Assembly (NCBI GenBank): GCA_030670795.1
Contig: DAOVAY010000003.1
Location: 1-42,267, forward strand
Origin: Methanobacteriota archaeon
GTDB lineage: Archaea; Thermoplasmatota; Thermoplasmata; SG8-5
DNA length: 42,267 nucleotides
Direction: 5' to 3'
The stretch's first letter is position 1, and each line of letters begins with the position of its first letter. Shown piece after piece: positions 27,801 to 34,472 of the stretch. The position numbers and the translations under genes were made by a program. The notes under the pieces were generated by a model, which saw only the letters and a program-made list of their open reading frames with translations, did no database searches and had not been told where the DNA came from.

Positions 27801-27915
27801 CGATCGGCATTTGCCCGGAAGACATGACAGTATCCAAATCTGAAGATACAGACGTCTGACCTAAGGTCGAAAGACCGACAATCAATGCTATGGCGATAAC
27901 AACGCGGTTGCCCAT
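21865..27915 (-). CDS. Secreted right-handed parallel beta-helix repeat protein with TolB-like beta-propeller repeats and C-terminal GWNL module
   Basis: Signal peptide; many NosD-like repeats (YGIYCSNSAPEIGSTNITSNNYGIYIYSSGP); propeller repeats PxIYxDxIVWxDxRNGNxDIY; C-terminal LYTGWNLVSIP...LVAGWNLVGYP. ATG at 27915 (TTG at 27918 also possible). Confidence 0.85.
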   Translation of the reverse strand: MGNRVVIAIALIVGLSTLGQTSVSSDLDTVMSSGQMPIEGSFTLLSDWNVSTDESYANATIYLEGNLTVLASGSLTLVNSTLMLNLSENGEHWIDVYGGFNMVDLDGNPLTPDDASLMCSNESGFSYRFEAFDGSTLGLNNSIVTDCGFSSSYKGITVRTQDASFEGMDFTDNYYALSLRKDGAVVRNCTFQGNYLGVEMYLVDCVFDNNTISNSTSSGVYIYSASPVIGNSRFLSNAQGLNLRYSDAVVESCNISSSTDTGLNLYSSSPLVVNSTLSNTMDLRAVTDSFPGFLNTTLNESSISISFGLHASVGQFVDVSVKNTTGSPMNNITVSILDNGGNPASVGVTNTSGIVVGLCFRERFLTSSGSFDFGTHRVIGFSLEQGNVWYGENSTVLAADGCCEVEVDVNPSDVHVWAEYHTITGFESYSQSRIIAMDNVLVDWGGNLSVNESDIMFLSNRSASLEILCMDGSLLLADSDIYSIGTTDPLMPGRVNIQVDSGCTAELTDLELRWMVKLGISSDSVHVENVNITHSDGCGIEINGNSEPVVENVTVEWARNGINLAFGNGQVSNVSLSLIRNYGLYAGQANSAVSNLSVSGASRGVYSLSSTLDLSDLNIQSCSYGIYSMYSLLDLTNCTFQSSSRYGIYDLGGSLKMLDCEVLDGETGLWLQDSDLIHWIDSSTIEGNTYGIRADECNPVIVNSTLSNLIDITLRRATNAAVVNSTLNLNNISVMTSSYVDIGAWAYVTVLNQTLEPVNDSRVSLFDSEGRVCASDVTDANGTTGALAFRQQRILWNRTETYAPHKLMAFKTDNGSMVGENVTTLSPDENVIITVSDAGSDWIVWTNDHIVSSNESYTDKTIVAEGDVTVQDGAVLEMVDSSLWTFNDESPIVTVIDGYLNIKNATLAPISTVAPLQPGDFLLKYGEDSSGLIEDSALSNLKSIEVRSDSLTMVNSRLEQFTSSGINVQNSAPTIENVTITLCYDGIFSDSGSPIIKNSTVFENGRHGMYAISGTPNIIGTQFLYNIQGLKLTAEANAWITGCTAEENTHGFHFTDSSPFLEDSSAVHNSNNGIYCSGSYAMISGSEVSDNSYGIYCSNSAPEIGSTNITSNNYGIYIYSSGPYIENCRIDGNMYGIYNMGDAEDLEIEVFESGRGKEVATQVDGGFHDGYGIRLPKRAVLKAAGMAIEGNEVRNEPVIEDSHFQVGQTIYKDWLVWQDNKDGNWEIYAYNLSVDSNGNGVPNYMETPQLVNDPALVRITDHPNAQLNPKLWEDTIVWADLRSGNLDIYAYTASNDTEWCVLEHPATQWKPAIYGDHIAWSDERNGNYDIYMFNISGGEISRLSTSDREDLSPRMYEDKIVWYSYSGSPGGEEHSDIFLFNISQWKLTQVTNDLPIQYSPSVYKNYILWHDNRHGNWEIYQYKIGSTEERITNEVEQSFAAHMYENRIVYYFHDRVQDIWSVRMYDMSTGIQTDIEPKTNGDSHPVIYEDRIAWLNKTNGKYDVYVLNFSLIGHPYNVTVDIGCDGDNEFVWPGLFDSRDKLSASVFRSELESFLPGIGGGSMDIPINISFENTGRVGLDTLYIRYDLPTFVISSSISNSTSSGAYCFGSRPRFINSTFESNPTDVTVLSDGDPLLLNSTFSEANLSFAGKAANLTVQNFLHVKTQTVMGAPLNASIEVQDNGQVIFDKTVGDDGIVQWVVVTDARLNSTGKNENMTIVTASLGPYLFVDNPRDVDMGTSHWEVFITDPTPPEVSNIFPIPDWPYNGLDPTISVWVTDTSGVNLSTVRLYVQGYTIFYDSNPVPDGYNISYNHVPGFSDGEVVQCRIVAENVYGARVDYSWSFIINLSVQTFTVQLYTGWNLVSIPFDPPNKSIESVLGSIAGSYDTVQAYNASDSLDPWKTYSVDRPAVLNDLTELDKKMGFWIRVTENCTLWVSGTPEITAINLVAGWNLVGYPTLNDTVKMGTALWGTSADAVEGFDPAAAYHLVELPSSYIMKPGEAYWVHVPADTVWVIDW

Positions 27916-27942
27916 CAAAGGGAATAATGTCTGCCAATTTAC

Positions 27943-29145
27943 TTAAATGTTGTTGTAGATGGCATCGGCCACGGCCAGCGCCTTTTTTGTCTCCCCCACG
28001 TCGTGCACGCGCACGATGTCGGCTCCGTTTGCCGCGGCCAGCACCATTGAGGCCAGACTTCCTTCCCGCCTCTGGTCCGCTTCTCCGCCGGATATTTTGC
28101 CTATGAACGACTTTCTTGAGGTTCCGACTAGGACGGGCGCACCCAGTATCCTCAATTCGCCCAACCGCCCGATGATTTCCAGGTTGTGCTCCACTGTCTT
28201 TCCGAATCCGATTCCCGGGTCCACAATGAAATTTTCAGGTTTCACTCCCAGGTCTACCGCCCGCTCGATCTGCTCACCAAGATGGTCGACTATATCGTCC
28301 ATCACGTCGCTGTAAACTGGGTCATTCTGCATTGCGCCCGGCTCTCCTAGCATGTGCATTATAACTACCGGAATACCGGCATCGGCCGCGACCTTAATCA
28401 TGTCATCGTCACGAAGGCCGCCCACTACATTTACCATGCTGGCCCCGGCTTCGACTGCTTTCTTGAGCACTTCCGGTTTCCTTGTGTCTATGGAGATAGG
28501 CACATCCGAATCGGAAAGCGCCTCGATGACGGGAATTGCTCTGCCAAGCTCTTCTTCAAGGCTAACTGGCTCCGCACCGGGCCTCGTACTCTCCCCGCCT
28601 ACGTCTATGATGTCCGCACCTTGTTCTATCATGTCTTTCGCATGCTCCGTTGCGATATCGTGATCGAGGAATTTGCCCCCGTCCGAGAAGGAGTCCGGGG
28701 TAACGTTCAGAATCCCCATGACAAGGGTTCGCTCTCCGAGCCTCAATTCCTTATTTCCACAGGCCAGTGTGCGATTTCTGGAAGCGGATGAGGTTTCGAC
28801 GGCATCTTCGATTTTCTCAGCCATCTCTTTCAATCCGAAGGGCTGTTTTCTCAGTTTCCCTATGGCGATCTGGAATTGCCTCTCCGTGCCCATGATGAGC
28901 GCGTCCGTGGGCTTTGATAAATCAGATATGGCATCGTAAGAAATCGCCGCTTCACCGCCCACTGCCAGCATCTCCTGTTTGAGAACATTCGCGCCCCTGG
29001 GGTCAAGCTCACGGGTCATGAAGACGAGGTATCTTGATTTGGGTGCCATGATGTCGACGCCTTCTTGGCATACGCCGATTTCCTGCATGTCCTGTATGAC
29101 TCTGTCTTGGGCACTCGCCGTCCGGAGGTAAAGCCTGCCTGACAT
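27943..29145 (-). CDS. folP: Dihydropteroate synthase with N-terminal extension
   Basis: MGILNVTPDSFSDGG, DVGGESTRPG, SIDT, DPGIGFGK, GTSRKSFIG, IVRVHDV. Start moved to ATG at 29145, with a TTTAAA box about 26 nt upstream (leaderless-type promoter). Confidence 0.95.
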   Translation of the reverse strand: MSGRLYLRTASAQDRVIQDMQEIGVCQEGVDIMAPKSRYLVFMTRELDPRGANVLKQEMLAVGGEAAISYDAISDLSKPTDALIMGTERQFQIAIGKLRKQPFGLKEMAEKIEDAVETSSASRNRTLACGNKELRLGERTLVMGILNVTPDSFSDGGKFLDHDIATEHAKDMIEQGADIIDVGGESTRPGAEPVSLEEELGRAIPVIEALSDSDVPISIDTRKPEVLKKAVEAGASMVNVVGGLRDDDMIKVAADAGIPVVIMHMLGEPGAMQNDPVYSDVMDDIVDHLGEQIERAVDLGVKPENFIVDPGIGFGKTVEHNLEIIGRLGELRILGAPVLVGTSRKSFIGKISGGEADQRREGSLASMVLAAANGADIVRVHDVGETKKALAVADAIYNNI

Positions 29146-29164
29146 CGAAGGGGAGAACAGGGCG

Positions 29165-29183
29165 TAAAATTTAAACTTTGCAG
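29165..29183 (-). promoter_or_regulatory. Probable TATA box/BRE of folP
   Basis: Minus strand GCAAAGTTTAAATTTTA, centred about 26-30 nt upstream of the ATG at 29145. Confidence 0.5.
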
Positions 29184-29193
29184 TGGTAGGGTT

Positions 29194-29288
29194 TGCGTCA
29201 AGAAAGACATGCCCTGCCTGTAAGGGCGGGGTTCGTGACGCACAAATCAGCTCCGATTCAACACCCCGTGTGTTAGCGCGGGGATATC
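29194..29288 (+). repeat. Pair of related 20-nt GC-rich hairpins resembling IS200/IS605 ends (REP/PATE-like)
   Basis: CCCTGCCTGTAAGGGCGGGG (29212-29231) followed by TTCGTGAC, and CCCCGTGTGTTAGCGCGGGG (29264-29283) followed by AT. The two are 15/20 identical with pairing-preserving changes. TGCGTCA (29194-29200) pairs with TGACGCA (29236-29242), enclosing the first hairpin. Confidence 0.5.
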
Positions 29289-29388
29289 TAAGCAATTGGT
29301 AAGAGATAAAAATAAGTACACACATGACTCTCAAGGCTTTGGCAATGAACCTGAAATATTTGAAAAGGGCATGGAGATACAGATAAAC

Positions 29389-30009
29389 ATGACGGAAATT
29401 TTAAAATGGCAACCGGAAATTCCTTTGCCCCAAGACGCGGTCGGACGCATCTCGCAGTTACTCAAAGAAGGAGAAGTGATGGTGTACCCGACAACGACCT
29501 TATACGGATTGGGAGCTAGCATATACTCCGAAGCCGGAATGAAAAGGCTGTGGGAGTTGAAGCGAAGACCCGCGTACATGCCCTTCTCCGTGATGGCAGC
29601 GGAAAAGGACATACTGAAATTATGCTCCGTCCCGGATATTGCCAGGTCGTTTATTGACTCCCATGACATCTCCATCACCGCCATCCTCCCGGCGCTGGAT
29701 CCTGCCCCCGAATCCGCGGTTTACAAGGGAACGTTGGCTCTCCGACTACCCTGCTCGAAGCTCTGCAACTCTATTGTCGAAGCCATAGGGCCTATCACCG
29801 CAACCAGCGCCAACGTGCACGGCAAAGGCGCACCGGTCACAGTCGAAGAGGCAAGAAAACAGCTGGGAGACGATGTTCCCCTCTACATTGACGGCGGTAT
29901 GCTGGCAGGAACGCCGACCACGCTGGTAGATTTTACAGGTGAATCGCCGAAAATACTTAGGGAGGGTGCGATTTCCGCACAGGAGGTGGCGGAGCTCTAT
30001 GGACGGTGA
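29389..30009 (+). CDS. tsaC: Threonylcarbamoyl-AMP synthase (TsaC/YrdC/Sua5 family, short form)
   Basis: VYPTxTLYGLGA, ELKRRP, LALRLP, ITATSANVHG, PTTLVD, ILREGAI. No C-terminal SUA5 domain. Start moved to 29389. Confidence 0.9.
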   Translation: MTEILKWQPEIPLPQDAVGRISQLLKEGEVMVYPTTTLYGLGASIYSEAGMKRLWELKRRPAYMPFSVMAAEKDILKLCSVPDIARSFIDSHDISITAILPALDPAPESAVYKGTLALRLPCSKLCNSIVEAIGPITATSANVHGKGAPVTVEEARKQLGDDVPLYIDGGMLAGTPTTLVDFTGESPKILREGAISAQEVAELYGR

Positions 30010-30889
30010 CGCCAGGGAGAAATATCTCAAGGCCGGCAACATAGCCTCCAAGGTCCGTGATGAGACCAAGTCCATGATTACGGAGGGTGCGTTACTTCTG
30101 GATGTAGCCGAGTTTGCCGAATCCGAGATTGTGCGGCTGGGGGGCCAGATTGCATTTCCGATTAACATATCCATAGACAGCAACGCAGCTCATTTTACCC
30201 CTCATTCAAACGACAAGTTAAGATTTAAGGTCGGAAATTTGGTGAAGCTCGACCTAGGTGTGCATGTGGACGGTTACATCGCGGACACGGCCCTCACGGA
30301 GGAGGTGTCCACAAATCGCTGGCAGGACCTCATCATTGCTTCTACCATGGCACTGGACATGGTCATAGATACTGTCAAATCCGGCATCAAGACGGGCGAA
30401 TTGGGCACGGTGATTGAGGGGGTGATAGAATCGAGGGGGTTCTTGCCCATCAGCAATCTATCCGGCCACGCAATGAAAAGGTATAATCTGCATGCGGGTG
30501 TGAGTGTACCGAATGTGTCGGACAAATCCGTGGATAAGCTGACGCCCGGAATGGTCGTGGCCATAGAGCCTTTCGCCACCAACGGGGCAGGCAGGGTTGC
30601 GGGTCGCAAGAGTGGAAACATATTCAGACAGATAAGGGACAGACCTTTGCCGAATTCCGAGCTGAACGCGCTTTTTGAGATTATTAAAACCGAATTCAAG
30701 GGCCTGCCTTTCTCGGAGAGAAACATAGCCAAGCATGTGAAAAATTCAGACAAGATGCTGAGAAAGCTTCTGAAGCAAGGTGCGGTATCCACATATCCGG
30801 TCCTCAAGGACGTGAAGGGCGGCATGGTGTCCCAGGCGGAGCACACTCTTATCGTAACAGGCGATGGTTGTAAGATAACGACCAGATGA
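29999..30889 (+). CDS. map: Type II methionine aminopeptidase
   Basis: AFPINIS, AAHFTP, KLDLGVHVDGYIADTA, NLSGH, LHAG, AIEPFAT, VSQAEHT. Start moved to ATG at 29999, which follows GGAG. Confidence 0.95.
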   Translation: MDGDAREKYLKAGNIASKVRDETKSMITEGALLLDVAEFAESEIVRLGGQIAFPINISIDSNAAHFTPHSNDKLRFKVGNLVKLDLGVHVDGYIADTALTEEVSTNRWQDLIIASTMALDMVIDTVKSGIKTGELGTVIEGVIESRGFLPISNLSGHAMKRYNLHAGVSVPNVSDKSVDKLTPGMVVAIEPFATNGAGRVAGRKSGNIFRQIRDRPLPNSELNALFEIIKTEFKGLPFSERNIAKHVKNSDKMLRKLLKQGAVSTYPVLKDVKGGMVSQAEHTLIVTGDGCKITTR

Positions 30890-30891
30890 AG

Positions 30892-31833
30892 TTAGAGTCT
30901 CAGTTCCCCCTCTTTCATCACAACGACATTGTCCACTGTCACGGTCGGATTTTTTATTACCCCGACGAGGTGAACCGGACACTTGATTGTGCCGCCAAAG
31001 ACAGAATTGTCCCCGAACCCTACGTTTACGGTGCCCTGGACCTTGGAGTCCTCCAGCACTCTTCCTATTATCTTCGCGTTCGGGTTCAGGCCCATGCCGA
31101 ACTTGGCAACGTTACGACCGTGCTTTCCCGCTCTGTTCAGCTCCTTTACCACCTCTTGGGCACCGGTGATGCGGGTCGCATATCCGTCCTTCACCAATAC
31201 TTTGACCGGGTTCAGCAGGGTGTCTATAAAACTACCGTCGAACATCAACGTGCCCTCGGCCGAGCCCTCAACCGGTGAAATGAACAATTCCCCGGCTGGC
31301 AGGTTGGTGAAATCGCCCCTTCGATGACATATGCCGCTGTCCTCGGTGATCCAGTTCCTTCCCTTGAGGCTCATCGTTAGCTCAGTACCCAGGTCTGACA
31401 TTATCTTCAATGACTTGCTTCTCCTGACCTTTCTGGCCACCCGCAAAATCGTTCTCCTTATCTCCCTGAAATCGGCGGTCATTCCCCCCTCGTTCATCAT
31501 CTCTTCCGTGATGCCTGGCATAGTAGCGATTCTGGCGCCCGCTTTGGACGCTCTGCGCCTGGCCATTGTGTGTGACAGTGTCTTGTCCGTGGCGATGACA
31601 ATGACGTCCATCTCCTTCATTAACCTCGCTATTGGAATGGGAGGTTCCTCTCCCTCTGTCTTCAGATCAGGTATCTTAACCAGTATGGTCTCCGCGCCAA
31701 TGTCCAAAGATGCATGATAAAGTGATTGGGCGATGCCCTCCCTGGAATCGTCCGTGAGCACGAGTACTTCTTCTCTTTTTTTCACGTTTAGGCATGTCTC
31801 AATGGTCACTTTTGCCCCGTCAACCGTTGTCAT
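30892..31833 (-). CDS. Aminopeptidase T / M29 (AmpS-like) family homolog, probably catalytically inactive
   Basis: LSHT.ARR.A...GARIATMPG, GTEL, NLPAGE, P.EGSAEG..MFDGS, GMGLNP, GFGDN..FGG. Several predicted metal-ligand positions are substituted (see findings). Confidence 0.8.
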   Translation of the reverse strand: MTTVDGAKVTIETCLNVKKREEVLVLTDDSREGIAQSLYHASLDIGAETILVKIPDLKTEGEEPPIPIARLMKEMDVIVIATDKTLSHTMARRRASKAGARIATMPGITEEMMNEGGMTADFREIRRTILRVARKVRRSKSLKIMSDLGTELTMSLKGRNWITEDSGICHRRGDFTNLPAGELFISPVEGSAEGTLMFDGSFIDTLLNPVKVLVKDGYATRITGAQEVVKELNRAGKHGRNVAKFGMGLNPNAKIIGRVLEDSKVQGTVNVGFGDNSVFGGTIKCPVHLVGVIKNPTVTVDNVVVMKEGELRL

Positions 31834-31956
31834 ATCTCTCAGACTGGAATTGAAGGGAACAGATAAAAACGTTTGGATTTGGAATTTACCCCAATATACA
31901 ATTCAATTTGTAGATACTAATTAATTAATATAACCTCTATCTTAATCCTGGTTCGA

Positions 31957-32645
31957 ATGTCTGATTTGAAGCAAGCGCTGAAGGACCTGGCTGACGGGAA
32001 GCCAGTATTCGCCTACGATGCCGATGGGAGGGAAGAGGAAACCGACATTATATTGGCTTCGGAGTTTGTCAGGCCGGAAGACGTCAGATTCATGCGCCAG
32101 AACGGTGGTGGGTTGATATGCGCGACCGTGACAGATAAATTAGCCAAGAAGTTGGACCTGCCTTTTCTGGTGGACGTATTTAAGGCTGCGGAATCCCGAT
32201 TTCCCGTTCTTAGAAATTTCCTGCCAGATAGTCTACCTTATGATACTAAGTCCGCTTTCTCTCTGACCATCAATCACAGAAAGTGTTATACGGGCATTAC
32301 CGATAAAGACAGAGCCATGACCATATCCGAGTTCGGAAAGCTCGTTGGGGAAGTGAATAACGGCTTGGATACGTCGTTAACGGCAGAACTTTTTACTTCA
32401 AATTTCAGAACTCCCGGACACGTTTTCCTGCTTCGGACCTCCGAGGAAATCCTGAAGGATAGATTCGGGCACACGGAGCTGTCCACGGCGCTCTGCATAA
32501 TGGCAGGCCTAACGCCTTCGGCCGCAATCTGCGAGATGATGGGTGATGATGACAATGCACTTTCCAAAGAACTATCCAGGGAATTTGCCGAGTCGAACGA
32601 GTATCAGTTTTTGGAGGGGAAAGACATAGTGGAGGCTTGGAAAGA

Positions 32646-32658
<13 letters not shown>
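31957..32658 (+). CDS. ribB: 3,4-dihydroxy-2-butanone-4-phosphate synthase (archaeal type)
   Basis: YDADGREEETD, GGLIC, PYDTKSAFSLTINHR..TGITDKDRA, FRTPGHV, RFGHTE, ICEMM. Confidence 0.93.
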
Positions 32659-33562
<904 letters not shown>

Positions 33563-33590
33563 TAAGGATTAATGAAAGGGAGGTAGATAA

Positions 33591-33992
33591 ATGAACATAG
33601 GAATAGTTGTGAGCGAATTCAATTATGACATCACCATGGTGATGTTGGAACGGGCAAAGGCACACGCGGATTTCCTGGGTGCGAAGGTCGTCGAGACCAT
33701 TCACGTACCGGGCGTATACGACATGCCGTTAGCCGTCAAAAAACTGCTGAAGAAGAAGAACATCGACGGCGTTGTGACGCTCGGCGCGGTAATCGAGGGC
33801 GAGACCGACCATGACGACATTGTCATAGGCCAGTCCAGCAGAAAGCTGACCGATCTCAGTGTTGAATTCGACAAGCCGGTGGGACTTGGCGTTACGGGTC
33901 CGGGCATGTCCCGGCTTCAGGCAGAGGAGCGCGTGGAAAGGGCCAAGGCTGCAGTGGAAAGCGTCGTCAAGATGCACAAGAGATTGAAGTAG
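33591..33992 (+). CDS. ribH: 6,7-dimethyl-8-ribityllumazine synthase
   Basis: IGIVVSEFN, VPGVYDMP, VVTLGAVIEGETDHD, KPVGLGVTGPG. GGGAGGT Shine-Dalgarno upstream. Confidence 0.94.
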   Translation: MNIGIVVSEFNYDITMVMLERAKAHADFLGAKVVETIHVPGVYDMPLAVKKLLKKKNIDGVVTLGAVIEGETDHDDIVIGQSSRKLTDLSVEFDKPVGLGVTGPGMSRLQAEERVERAKAAVESVVKMHKRLK

Positions 33993-34007
33993 CCGGTTGT
34001 AGATAAC

Positions 34008-34466
34008 ATGGAGCTAAAGCCCATCGGCATAGTGCATTCGCCATACAAGACCATGAGCGACGCACCCGTCCAGCCGAGTTTCTCCGATGATGAAGGGGAG
34101 ATTGAGATATTCGAGGAATACGCCGATGGTTTGAAGGACATCGAGGGCTTTTCGCACATCTGGGTCATATTTCAATTTCATAAATCCGAGGGGTACGGGC
34201 TTCATGTCACACCATACCTGGATGACGAATTGCGCGGCGTGTTCGCCTGCAGAGCTCCCAGAAGACCGAACCCCATAGGCATGTCCTTGGTAGAGCTGGT
34301 GGAGCGCGAAGGCAATATTCTGAAAATCAGAGGGCTGGACATGCTCGACGAAACACCAGTGCTCGACATCAAGCCTTATGTCGGTGTTTTCGACGAAGAC
34401 ACAAACGTTCGGATAGGCTGGCTGGAAGGAAAAGCCAATGGTGGCAGGGAAAAGAAGGGCGGATGA
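34008..34466 (+). CDS. tsaA: tRNA (N6-threonylcarbamoyladenosine(37)-N6)-methyltransferase TrmO/TsaA family
   Basis: LKPIGIVHSP, FSHIWVIFQFH, GVFACRAPRRPNPIGMS, GLDMLDETPVLDIKPY. Confidence 0.9.
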   Translation: MELKPIGIVHSPYKTMSDAPVQPSFSDDEGEIEIFEEYADGLKDIEGFSHIWVIFQFHKSEGYGLHVTPYLDDELRGVFACRAPRRPNPIGMSLVELVEREGNILKIRGLDMLDETPVLDIKPYVGVFDEDTNVRIGWLEGKANGGREKKGG

Positions 34467-34472
34467 TTCTTC

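Noticed and set aside
29194-29246. Possible H/ACA guide RNA (hairpin followed by ACA) or folate riboswitch upstream of folP
   Set aside because: No K-turn or K-loop, pocket-to-ACA spacing looks too short, no THF/ZTP aptamer consensus, and it lies upstream of the likely folP TATA box. The IS-end resemblance is stronger.
29146-29388. Long N-terminal extensions of folP (to 29334) and tsaC (from 29296) in the ORF track
   Set aside because: They overlap each other head to head and cross the hairpin pair; downstream ATGs with TATA-like boxes fit better.
31834-31956. FMN riboswitch ahead of the rib operon
   Set aside because: Short AT-rich divergent promoter region without RFN consensus.
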